Shown one piece after another: positions 10,352 through 19,450 of a DNA stretch of 64,000 bases. The DNA is taken from NCBI RefSeq assembly GCF_900113805.1, contig NZ_FOQT01000001.1, positions 722,411 through 786,410 on the forward strand, in the 5' to 3' direction. The stretch is from Halpernia frigidisoli. Its GTDB lineage: Bacteria > Bacteroidota > Bacteroidia > Flavobacteriales > Weeksellaceae. A program made the position numbers and the translations under genes. The notes below the pieces were generated by a model, which saw only the letters and a list, made by a program, of their open reading frames with translations, was not told the DNA's origin and did not search any database. Position 1 is the stretch's first letter, and each line of letters starts with the position of its first letter.

Positions 10352-10675
10352 ATGGATTTAAGAGATCAACTAAAAAATTTATTCCCTGAGCATGAAGAAA
10401 AGGAATTTGAAATGCCGGAGGAAAAATTTGTTCAAAAAGAACCGCTTATCTGTAAATTTGAAAAAAAAGGACGACACGGCAAACCCGTCACTTTAATAGA
10501 AGGTTTTGAAGGAAGCGCGGAAGAATTAAAGAAAATTTCAAAAAAAATTAAAATAAACCTGGGAATCGGTGGTTCAGAAAAAGACGGAATTATAATAATT
10601 CAAGGCGATAACCGTGATAAAATAATGGTAATTTTAAAAGAAATGGGTTACAAAACAAAACGTGTTGGAGGTTAA
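10352..10675 (+). CDS. SUI1/YciH family translation initiation factor
   Basis: KPVTLIEGFEG...IIIIQGDNRDKIMVILKEMGY matches the SUI1 fold. Confidence 0.75.
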   Translation: MDLRDQLKNLFPEHEEKEFEMPEEKFVQKEPLICKFEKKGRHGKPVTLIEGFEGSAEELKKISKKIKINLGIGGSEKDGIIIIQGDNRDKIMVILKEMGYKTKRVGG

Positions 10676-10753
10676 AAATAAGTAATCAGTAATTTTTAAA
10701 TAAATTTTCAACCCTGTCAACCTTTCTCTTTTCAAAACATTAAATAAAAAACT

Positions 10754-11608
10754 ATGATAAATAAATTAGCAGCCTCCGAATTGGTTTTAAATCCAGACGG
10801 AAGTGTCTATCACCTGAATATTTTACCAGAAGATCTTGCAGATAAGATCATTTTGGTTGGTGATCCGGATCGTGTTCCTAAAGTCTCAAAATATTTCGAT
10901 ACTGTTGAAGTCAAAAAAAATAAAAGAGAATTTTACACTGAAACCGGAACATTACGTGGTGAAAGAATCACAGTAATGTCAACCGGAATCAGCACCGGGA
11001 ATATCGATATCGTGATGAACGAACTCGATGCTCTGGTGAATATTGATTTAAAGAAAAAAGAATTTAAAAGCGAACATAAAAGTTTAAATTTATTTCGTTT
11101 AGGAACTTGCGGCAGTGTAAATCCAGAAATTGAAGTTGATAATTTAATGATATCTGAAAATGTAGTTGGTTTAGATGGACTTTTACATTTTTATCCTGAT
11201 TACCATTTCGAGAATGAATTTTCTAAAAACTTTTTAGCAGGATTTCCTTATCAAAAAATTAAAGAAATGCTATATTTTGGCGAATGGTCGAAGAAAAATG
11301 CTGAGCTTTTTAGTGATGCAAAATATATCGGAAATACAGCAACTTTTCCCGGTTTTTATGCACCACAAGGACGACAACTTCGTTTAAGATCGCTTGATGA
11401 CCAATTCTTAGAAACATTAAATGATCTTGGAATTTCTAATTTTGAAATGGAAACTTCTGCGATTTATGGTTTGTCCAAATTATTGGGTCATGAAGCCACA
11501 ACGATTGCTTGTGTCATTGCAAACAGACGTCGCGGCGAATTCTCGGCAGATCATCAAAAAGCTGAAAAAATGATGATCGAATGGGTTTTGGAAAGAATTA
11601 TTAAATAA
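10754..11608 (+). CDS. nucleoside phosphorylase (PNP/UDP family)
   Basis: The VYHLNI...LVGDPDRV...STGISTGN motifs are shared with uridine and purine nucleoside phosphorylases. Confidence 0.6.
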   Translation: MINKLAASELVLNPDGSVYHLNILPEDLADKIILVGDPDRVPKVSKYFDTVEVKKNKREFYTETGTLRGERITVMSTGISTGNIDIVMNELDALVNIDLKKKEFKSEHKSLNLFRLGTCGSVNPEIEVDNLMISENVVGLDGLLHFYPDYHFENEFSKNFLAGFPYQKIKEMLYFGEWSKKNAELFSDAKYIGNTATFPGFYAPQGRQLRLRSLDDQFLETLNDLGISNFEMETSAIYGLSKLLGHEATTIACVIANRRRGEFSADHQKAEKMMIEWVLERIIK

Positions 11609-11610
11609 AA

Positions 11611-12141
11611 TTGGAGAGTAATTTCAATCTTAAAGTTTTTTCTGATACAATAATTGTATCAATAAGCGTAAAACCTCAATTTTACGCTTATTTATTGTTA
11701 ATTCTAGTTACATCTTTACTTATATTACCTTTCTTTTTAATAAATCTAAATAATGAAAGTTTCACTTTTGAATTATTTTTAGAATTATTCATTTATTTAA
11801 TTTTGATTGAATTATTCCCTTTAAAATATTGTTTTTGGAATGTTTTCGGAAAAGAAACGCTTCTTTTTACTAAAAAATCATTAAGTTATAAGCATGTATA
11901 TGGTTTGATTTCTAGTAATATGAAGGTAGTTCCGCATAAAAATATTTCTGTTATCTTTTATAATATATTGATTGAAAAAAATAAGAAGTTTGGAAAGATT
12001 AATTTTTTGGAAGAAAATGATGAAACAGGTTTAATAGAGTTAATTCATAAAACTTCTATTTTAATATCAGAAGAAAATTATGAATGTTTTATTCTTGAAT
12101 TTGACAAACTATTTTTGCTTGAAACATTCTCTCTAAATTAA
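11611..12141 (+). CDS. hypothetical membrane protein
   Basis: Hydrophobic N-terminal helices are present with no recognisable domain. It begins 3 bp after the upstream gene stop. Confidence 0.35.
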   Translation: MESNFNLKVFSDTIIVSISVKPQFYAYLLLILVTSLLILPFFLINLNNESFTFELFLELFIYLILIELFPLKYCFWNVFGKETLLFTKKSLSYKHVYGLISSNMKVVPHKNISVIFYNILIEKNKKFGKINFLEENDETGLIELIHKTSILISEENYECFILEFDKLFLLETFSLN

Positions 12142-12145
12142 TTCT

Positions 12146-12700
12146 TTATTTACAAATACAATCAATTAGATGATCATCAACCAAACCTGTCGCCTGCATA
12201 AAAGCATAAACAACGGTTGAACCCAAAAATTTAAAACCTCTTTTCTTTAAATCTTTCGAAATTTGATTCGAAATTTCAGTAGTGGCAGGAACTTCTTTTA
12301 AAGTTTTTGGATGATTTATAATTGGTTTTCCATCAACAAAATCCCAAATATAATTTGAAAAAGTTCCAAATTCTTTTTGTATTTCCTGAAATTTTTGAGC
12401 ATTAGTAATTGTTGCGGATACTTTTAATTTATTTCTGATAATTCCTTCATTTAAAAGTAATTCATTAATTTTCGTCTGATCGTATTTTGCAATCTTTATA
12501 TAGTTGTAATTATCGAAAGCAAGTTTAAAATTTTCTCGTTTTTTTAAAATTGTGTACCAACTTAAACCTGCCTGAAAACTTTCTAAAAGTAAAAATTCAA
12601 AAAAAATGTTGTCATCATAAACTGGTTTCCCCCATTCGTCGTCGTGGTAATTCCTGTATAGATCATCTTTCTCACACCATCCACATCTTATTATATCCAT
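12146..12700 (-). CDS. tag: DNA-3-methyladenine glycosylase I
   Basis: The zinc-binding RCGWC start and a conserved FQAGLSW helix-hairpin-helix region match Tag. Confidence 0.85.
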   Translation of the reverse strand: MDIIRCGWCEKDDLYRNYHDDEWGKPVYDDNIFFEFLLLESFQAGLSWYTILKKRENFKLAFDNYNYIKIAKYDQTKINELLLNEGIIRNKLKVSATITNAQKFQEIQKEFGTFSNYIWDFVDGKPIINHPKTLKEVPATTEISNQISKDLKKRGFKFLGSTVVYAFMQATGLVDDHLIDCICK

Positions 12701-12827
12701 TTTAAAATTTTAAATTAAACAAAAATAAATCTTTTTTAACTTTAACAATCATTAACCTTTTTTGGAATAACATTTGAATTTTAAATAGTAACTAAATCAT
12801 TAAATTTTTAACAAAAAATAATTTATT

Positions 12828-13127
12828 ATGGACAATCAAGATTACAACAAAGCAGAAAACACAGTAGATAATGCAAAAGACGGCGTGCAAAATGCAGCTG
12901 AAAATGCGAAGTGGAAAGCTGAAGATTATGCGCAAAAAGCGAAAGATTATATCAACGAAGAGAGAAGCAACGATAGAGAAGCAACTCATGAAGGTTGGCT
13001 AGAGCGTGCAAAAAACAACGTGTCAGATGCGTGGGAATCCACGAAAGATGCAGCAAGCGACGCTTGGGAAAGCACAAAAGACGCTGCCGTAGATGCTGAA
13101 GCATCTGTGAAAAAAGCGACTAACTAA
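12828..13127 (+). CDS. small hydrophilic stress-type protein with an 11-aa tandem repeat
   Basis: It is KAE-rich and carries SDAWESTKDAA twice. No signal peptide is present. Confidence 0.4.
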   Translation: MDNQDYNKAENTVDNAKDGVQNAAENAKWKAEDYAQKAKDYINEERSNDREATHEGWLERAKNNVSDAWESTKDAASDAWESTKDAAVDAEASVKKATN

Positions 13128-13223
13128 AATTTTAGATAGTTTTTAAAAGGAATCAAAGAAATTTGGTTCCTTTTTTTATGTTTAAGTGATAAAATAAATT
13201 AAATTTGTAAAAAACAAAGAAAC

Positions 13224-14027
13224 ATGTCCAACGGATTACTAAAAGGAAAAAAGGGAATTATTTTCGGCGCGCTTAATAACCAGTCAATTGCCTGGAAAGT
13301 TGCAGAAAGATGCCACGAAGAAGGAGCAGAATTTATATTGTCTAACGCACCAATCGCAATGAGAATGGGTGAAATGGACGCTTTAGCAAAAAGTACAGGT
13401 TCTGATGTTATGGGAGCTGATGCCACTTCTCTGGAAGATCTTGAAAAGTTATTTGACGCAGCCATCGCCAAATTTGGCAAAATTGACTTCATATTACATT
13501 CCATCGGTATGTCCGTAAATGTGCGAAAAGGTAAACATTATACCGATATTAATTACGACTGGCTTCAAAAAGGTTGGGATGTTTCCGCCGTTTCTTTCCA
13601 TAAAGTGATGAGAATTGCTTACGAAAAAGACTGTATGAACGAATGGGGTTCTATTTTAGCCTTAACTTACATTGCAGCGCAAAGAACTTTCCCGGATTAC
13701 AATGATATGGCCGATAACAAATCTTACCTTGAGAGTATTGCGAGAAGTTTCGGTTACTACTTTGGAGAGAAAAAAGTTCGTGTTAATACAATTTCTCAAT
13801 CTCCAACTGTTACTACCGCAGGAAGTGGCGTAAAAGGATTTGGCGGATTTATGGGTTATGCAGAAGCAATGTCACCTTTAGGAAATGCTGATGCAAATGA
13901 CTGTGCTAATTATTGCGTAGCTATGTTTTCTGACCTTACTAAAAAAGTGACAATGCAAAATTTATTTCATGACGGCGGATTCAGTTCGAGCGGTGTTACG
14001 CATAAAGTTATTGAAAAGTTTGATTAA
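13224..14027 (+). CDS. fabI: enoyl-ACP reductase FabI (NADH)
   Basis: KGKKGIIFGALNNQSIAW, a Tyr/Lys catalytic pair region and a length of about 267 aa match FabI. Confidence 0.9.
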   Translation: MSNGLLKGKKGIIFGALNNQSIAWKVAERCHEEGAEFILSNAPIAMRMGEMDALAKSTGSDVMGADATSLEDLEKLFDAAIAKFGKIDFILHSIGMSVNVRKGKHYTDINYDWLQKGWDVSAVSFHKVMRIAYEKDCMNEWGSILALTYIAAQRTFPDYNDMADNKSYLESIARSFGYYFGEKKVRVNTISQSPTVTTAGSGVKGFGGFMGYAEAMSPLGNADANDCANYCVAMFSDLTKKVTMQNLFHDGGFSSSGVTHKVIEKFD

Positions 14028-14045
14028 ATTTTATTTAAATTATAT

Positions 14046-14078
14046 AAAACTCTCCTAAAATGGAGGGTTTTTTTTTGA
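14046..14078 (+). terminator. Rho-independent terminator after fabI
   Basis: AAACTCTCCTAAAATGGAGGGTTT is followed by T9. Confidence 0.6.
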
Positions 14079-14183
14079 ATTGATTTTAATAAAAGTTAAA
14101 AATTTCCAAAAATTTTGACATTAGCACTATTTTTGGCTTTAAAGTAAATGACTATTAAATGTGTCGATCACTAAAAAAATATT

Positions 14184-14615
14184 ATGAAATTTGAAACTAT
14201 ATTGGCAAGCGTTCTTTTAGCAGGATTAACTTCAACTGGTACATCAACTGGAAAACATGACCTGGAAATTGACATTGCTAATATTAAAAATACCAAAGGA
14301 ACCGTTGCAGTTGGAATTTATAATTCTGAACACGGATTTTTAACAAAAGGAAAAGAATTTAAAACCAAAACCATTAAAGTTAGTGGATCAACTGTTCATT
14401 GTGAATTTACAGATCTTCCCGATGGAAAATACGCGGTCGCAGTTTTCCACGATGAAAATTCTGATAAAAAGTTTAATACAAATATGTTGGGACTTCCGAA
14501 AGAAGCTTATGGTTTTTCCAATAATTTTAAACCCGTTATTTCTAAACCAAAATTTAGCGACACGGAATTCACTTTAAATTCTGATAAAAAAATTACAATA
14601 AAACTGATTCATTAA
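14184..14615 (+). CDS. DUF2141 domain secreted protein
   Basis: A signal peptide is followed by GTVAVGIYN...GKYAVAVFHDEN...GFSNN, typical of DUF2141. Confidence 0.65.
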   Translation: MKFETILASVLLAGLTSTGTSTGKHDLEIDIANIKNTKGTVAVGIYNSEHGFLTKGKEFKTKTIKVSGSTVHCEFTDLPDGKYAVAVFHDENSDKKFNTNMLGLPKEAYGFSNNFKPVISKPKFSDTEFTLNSDKKITIKLIH

Positions 14616-15956
14616 TTACCTTCCAACCATTGGAACAACGGGAATACTCTCATTTCCATTCTCCGAAACACTTTGTACGGCAAAAAAGTAATTATCTTTT
14701 GAATAAGGCAATTTGTAGGGATTTTGTCTGGTGAAGATTTTCTTTTGCCACATTGACTGGTCTGTTTCTCTTAGCAAAATGTAAAATCCGCTGACTTTCC
14801 CTGACGCAGGTTTCTCCCAGCTTAAATTTGTAAAGTTCGTCAGATCTTTCACATCCATTTTTACATTTTCAGGTTTTGAAGGTGCTTTCGATAAATTGGC
14901 CAAAACCGCCATATTAACTGCGGTATTTTTTCGAAGATATTCGAAATCCATAAACTTAACTAAGTCACCGTACTCGATTTTATTTTCTATTCGTAAATCC
15001 TGATGCTGGTGGTTAAAATTTTCGTTCATATCTGTAAGGCGAACTGCCGGAAATCCTGCTTCTACAAATGGAGTATGATCACCACCACGCAAAAATCGGT
15101 CATTTCTGTAAATTAATTTTACTTCTAAATTATCAACATATCTTTCTCCAATTTCTTTGGTATATCTGGCAAGTTGTCTAGGCTCTCCGTCGTTTTCTAA
15201 ACCGTAAGCACGGATAAATTTTGCTTTTTTATCTAAATCTAAAAATGGCAAACCTTCACTAAAAACACGCAACTGCATATTTGAAATATTTCGTATGTCA
15301 ACTGCCTCATTATTTCCGATCATATCATTGTTCAGCATCGCGACAACATTCCATTTTTCATTTAGTGCACGTTTTGCAAGCATCGCAGAACCATATAAAC
15401 CTTGTTCTTCACCTGAAAACGCAACAAAAACTATTGTTGCAGGGAAATTCGACTTTGATAAAATTCTGGCACACTCTAATACAGCAGCTACTCCACTTGC
15501 ATCATCATTTGCTCCGGGAGCATCGTCTTTAATATTTAAAACATCTGAAACCCTGGAATCAAGATGGCCGGAAATAATAAAAACTCTATTATCGCTCGGA
15601 TCTGTTCCTTTTAATATTGCTGTGGGATTTCCGAGATTTATAGCTTTAGTGATTCTTTTTCCATCTGGTTGAAGATCTTCGGTCTGAAGTTCAACTGTCA
15701 TTCTTCCACCAGAATTTTTAGCATCATTTTTAAACTGACTTAAAACCCAGTTTCTCGCCGCACCAATTCCCCGCTTTTTGTCTGTCGTTGAACCTGTTGT
15801 CTGGCGTGTTCCAAAACTTACTAATTTTTCTACATGCGCTTTTAAGGAATCTGAACTGATTAAATTTACATATTCAGAAATTTCTGGATCTCTGTTAATA
15901 GTTGTTTGTGCAGATAAGGAACCTGTAATTAGTAGAAAAATTATATATTTTTTCAT
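14616..15956 (-). CDS. M28 family metallopeptidase with a C-terminal Fn3-like domain
   Basis: A signal peptide is followed by M28 zinc ligands (HLDS, DDASG, EE) and a C-terminal beta-sandwich. Confidence 0.75.
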   Translation of the reverse strand: MKKYIIFLLITGSLSAQTTINRDPEISEYVNLISSDSLKAHVEKLVSFGTRQTTGSTTDKKRGIGAARNWVLSQFKNDAKNSGGRMTVELQTEDLQPDGKRITKAINLGNPTAILKGTDPSDNRVFIISGHLDSRVSDVLNIKDDAPGANDDASGVAAVLECARILSKSNFPATIVFVAFSGEEQGLYGSAMLAKRALNEKWNVVAMLNNDMIGNNEAVDIRNISNMQLRVFSEGLPFLDLDKKAKFIRAYGLENDGEPRQLARYTKEIGERYVDNLEVKLIYRNDRFLRGGDHTPFVEAGFPAVRLTDMNENFNHQHQDLRIENKIEYGDLVKFMDFEYLRKNTAVNMAVLANLSKAPSKPENVKMDVKDLTNFTNLSWEKPASGKVSGFYILLRETDQSMWQKKIFTRQNPYKLPYSKDNYFFAVQSVSENGNESIPVVPMVGR

Positions 15957-16041
15957 TTTGTAGAGAATTTTTTAGTTTTATTTAAATTTGATCTTCTGTT
16001 TGTATGAAACAAAACAATCTATATAGTTGCTTATGAAATTT

Positions 16042-17076
16042 TTATTTTTTTAAACCACTAATTGCTTCGCAAAACTGGTCTGTTACATTTTCCGGGGTTG
16101 CCCAGGAAGTGATAAGTCTTATTGCAGAAAATTCTTCGTCTATTTTTTTCCAGACATAAAAATCAAAACTTTCCGAAAGCTGATCGATCTGATTTTGATT
16201 TAAAACAGGAAAAATCTGATTGGTAAACGTTTCTGATAAAAATTCAAATCCGTTATCAGAAAATACTTTCTTAATTTTCATCGCCTCAAAATTAGCATGT
16301 TTTGCCAAATCAAAATATAAATTATTTTCCATTAAAACATCAAACTGAATTCCCAAAAGTCTACCTTTAGCCAGCATTCCACCCTTTTGTTTAATATGAA
16401 AACCAAACTCATCCTGTAAATCCTGATTATTTATAATAATTGCTTCCCCGATCAGCGCACCATTTTTTGTACCTCCTAAATAAAAAGCATCTGTGTATTT
16501 TGCAATATCGGCTAAAGTCAAGTCATTATTTTCCGCCGTTAAAGCATGTCCTAACCTAGCGCCGTCAAGCATTAAATAAAGTTTTTTTTCTTTGCAAAAA
16601 TTTGATAAACTTATAAGTTCATCTTTAGAATAATTAGTTCCAATTTCCGTAGAATTCGAAATGTAAACGAGTTTTTGTTTAAGCTGATGCGGTTTATTTT
16701 GGTGCAAATCCAATACACTCTGAATATGAGACTGTTTTAATTTACCATCATCCGTTTCAACACTATGAATTTTATGACCAGTTGCTTCAATTGCACCGGT
16801 TTCGTTGGTGAAAATATGACCAGTTGTTGCGGAAATAACACTTTCGTGTGGACGTAAAAAAGCAGAAATTAAAATTAAATTAGCCTGTGTTCCACCCGAT
16901 ACAAAATGAACGGTAGAAATGGAAGAATTACATAGTTTTAAGATTTTATCTGTCGCACTTATACAGTATTCATCTAAACCATAACCAATTTGCTGATCTA
17001 AATTTGTCTGAGAAAGTGCTTCCAGAATTTTTGGGTGACAACCTTCGGAATAATCATTTTTAAAGGAATACTTCAT
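16042..17076 (-). CDS. threonine aldolase-family PLP-dependent enzyme (beta-eliminating lyase fold)
   Basis: An N-terminus of DYSEGCHPKIL-type and a PLP-lysine region (GGTKNGALIGE) match low-specificity threonine aldolase. Confidence 0.65.
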   Translation of the reverse strand: MKYSFKNDYSEGCHPKILEALSQTNLDQQIGYGLDEYCISATDKILKLCNSSISTVHFVSGGTQANLILISAFLRPHESVISATTGHIFTNETGAIEATGHKIHSVETDDGKLKQSHIQSVLDLHQNKPHQLKQKLVYISNSTEIGTNYSKDELISLSNFCKEKKLYLMLDGARLGHALTAENNDLTLADIAKYTDAFYLGGTKNGALIGEAIIINNQDLQDEFGFHIKQKGGMLAKGRLLGIQFDVLMENNLYFDLAKHANFEAMKIKKVFSDNGFEFLSETFTNQIFPVLNQNQIDQLSESFDFYVWKKIDEEFSAIRLITSWATPENVTDQFCEAISGLKK

Positions 17077-17256
17077 TATCCAAAAATAATATTTTAAAAA
17101 TTAAATAAGTGATTTTAAACACATTTAATCCTAATATTTTAAATTATAAATTGTTAGATTTACAAAAAATTATATCTAACATTTATTTTAAATCTTCACG
17201 AATTCTAAAAAATTTTTAGATGTTAAAATAAATCATTTCATCAAAACCAAATTTCT

Positions 17257-17907
17257 ATGAAAACTTTAACGGAAGAAAATTATCTAAAAGCCATATTTCA
17301 TCTCTTAAAGCCTGACAATACAGTTACGGTGACTGATCTTAGTAAATTTTTAAATATAAAATTACCAAGTGTAAACAGCATGATGAAAAAATTTGCCGAT
17401 AAAGACTGGGTTCGTTATGAAACTTACAAACCGTTGGAAGTAACGGAAAATGGTAAAAAAGAAGCAGCATTAATCGTGAGAAAACACAGATTAACTGAAA
17501 TGTTTTTAGTTAAAAAAATGAATATTGGTTGGGAAAACGTGCATGATATCGCAGAACAACTGGAGCATATACATTCGGAAGAATTTTTTGAAAAAATGGA
17601 TGAACTTTTAGATCATCCTAAAGTTGATCCGCATGGCGAGCCGATTCCCGATAGAGATGGGCACATCATCAAACAGGATCTAAAAAAATTGAGTGCCTGC
17701 AAACTAAATGAAAATTTGATATTAATGGCCGTAACTTTAGACACCGAAGATTTTTTAAGCTATTTAAATGAGCGAAAATTAATTTTAGGAACAGAAATAA
17801 AAATCGTAAAAATTGAAAATGTCGACGCCACAATGACAATAAATTTTAAAGGAAAAAAGGAAATTTTAAGTAAAATAATCTGCGATAAACTTCTGGTAAA
17901 AGCATAA
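17257..17907 (+). CDS. DtxR/MntR family metal-dependent transcriptional regulator with a C-terminal FeoA/SH3-like domain
   Basis: A winged HTH (ENYLKAIF...VTVTDLSKFL), a metal-binding/dimerisation region and a FeoA-like C-terminus are present. Confidence 0.8.
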   Translation: MKTLTEENYLKAIFHLLKPDNTVTVTDLSKFLNIKLPSVNSMMKKFADKDWVRYETYKPLEVTENGKKEAALIVRKHRLTEMFLVKKMNIGWENVHDIAEQLEHIHSEEFFEKMDELLDHPKVDPHGEPIPDRDGHIIKQDLKKLSACKLNENLILMAVTLDTEDFLSYLNERKLILGTEIKIVKIENVDATMTINFKGKKEILSKIICDKLLVKA

Positions 17908-17936
17908 AAAAAACAGAGCCGAAACTCTGTTTTTAA
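17908..17936. terminator. bidirectional terminator hairpin
   Basis: ACAGAGCCGAAACTCTGT is flanked by an A-run on one side and a T-run on the other. It lies between the convergent genes at 17257 and 17955. Confidence 0.6.
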
Positions 17937-17954
17937 ATAATATTTTTAATATTT

Positions 17955-19337
17955 CTATTTCGCTTTCATTGCTTTTTCTTTGGCCTGAAATTCAGTTGTT
18001 TTAGCATCGTTTTTAGCTGTGATGTATAAATTTTTAAGTAAAGTGACAACTTCAGCATTTTCAGGATCAACAACATACCATTTTTCTGCGTAAGGTAATG
18101 CGCTCAAAAGTCTGTTTTTTCGTGCATCCAGTAATTTATTGGCTTGCTCAGTTTTTCCCGCTTTTCTAGCTGCTTCATAATCTGTACGGAAATTGGTATC
18201 ATCCCCAATTTTCATGTAAGTAAGATTTTGAAGTGCCGCAACATAATTTGGCTTAATTTCCAATGCTTTATTATAAGCAGTTTCAGCATCCGCCATTGTA
18301 GCTGGATCTTTACTTTCCATCAAACCTAAATTAAACCAATTATCTGCATCTTTAGGATTTGCTGCCACCTGCTTTTTAAGAATTTCTATAAATTGAGCAG
18401 ATTTTCCACTTTTATAATAGGCTAAACCTTTGATATTTATCAAAGCAGCATCATCCGGAAATTTAGCTAAACCTTTATCTGTTAAGGCAATAGTCTCATC
18501 GTACTTTTCAGCTGCAAGCAGATTTCTCGCATTTTCTGTATAAAGATTATTTTCTATACTTTTAGAAGTTTCAGTTTTAAAATCAGTATAATCTCCTGTC
18601 GCACCCATTTTTTTATACAGATCCCAAGAAGTTTTGTCCAATTTGTCAACAACGCCTGACTTTTTGTTTTTTGCCGTATAGGTTGTCTCAACTCCTGTAT
18701 AGCCGGAATTTATCAACTCATTATAAATCTCACTTGATTTATCTAAATTTTTTGCAGTCGCGTAAGAAACAGCTGAGTTCATCAAAAGTGATTTATCATC
18801 TGTACCTGCAGCTTTCAAAAGATAGTAAGTTTCCTTAAACTTATCTCCCGCAACTTCGTAATTTTTAGAATTATAGGCATCTACAGCCTCCTGATTTACA
18901 GTTTTTAAAACAGGATTTATCTTTTCGCCTAATTTTGAAGAAGTACTTGGAGTATAAGATTCTTCCTTCAAACCTGAAATTCCTGATTTATCAGCCGCCT
19001 CTTTTCCAACATAATATACTTTTTCTTTGCTGTCATTTTTTCCGGAATAAATTTTCATTTTTCCCAGATCATTGATTTTTGCCAAGTAAGACGCGCCTTC
19101 CTGAGTTTTACCGGCGTTCATCATCATTAGACCTTTTGTATAATAATACTGCTCTAAAGTTGCGGGTTCTAAAAGGTATGTTTTGTCACCTATTACTGCA
19201 TCTGCTGCGGAAATTTGCGCGGTAGCAGTTGCGTTATCTCCACTTTCAATAGCTTTAAATGCCGTTGAAATCTCCTTTTTCTGAGCTATAGCGAATGTTA
19301 CTGAAAGCATTGCTACACTTAAAATTATTCTTTTCAT
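17955..19337 (-). CDS. TPR-repeat secreted protein
   Basis: A signal peptide is followed by multiple TPR-like Ala/Tyr-rich repeats. Confidence 0.6.
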   Translation of the reverse strand: MKRIILSVAMLSVTFAIAQKKEISTAFKAIESGDNATATAQISAADAVIGDKTYLLEPATLEQYYYTKGLMMMNAGKTQEGASYLAKINDLGKMKIYSGKNDSKEKVYYVGKEAADKSGISGLKEESYTPSTSSKLGEKINPVLKTVNQEAVDAYNSKNYEVAGDKFKETYYLLKAAGTDDKSLLMNSAVSYATAKNLDKSSEIYNELINSGYTGVETTYTAKNKKSGVVDKLDKTSWDLYKKMGATGDYTDFKTETSKSIENNLYTENARNLLAAEKYDETIALTDKGLAKFPDDAALINIKGLAYYKSGKSAQFIEILKKQVAANPKDADNWFNLGLMESKDPATMADAETAYNKALEIKPNYVAALQNLTYMKIGDDTNFRTDYEAARKAGKTEQANKLLDARKNRLLSALPYAEKWYVVDPENAEVVTLLKNLYITAKNDAKTTEFQAKEKAMKAK

Positions 19338-19450
19338 AAGTAATTTATTATTGATTTTATTTCTATTCTGTTAACGATAATTATTAAAAAAGCTTTTTTT
19401 TAAAATATAATTTGTGTCGATTAAACTATATTTAATACTAATTATTTGAA

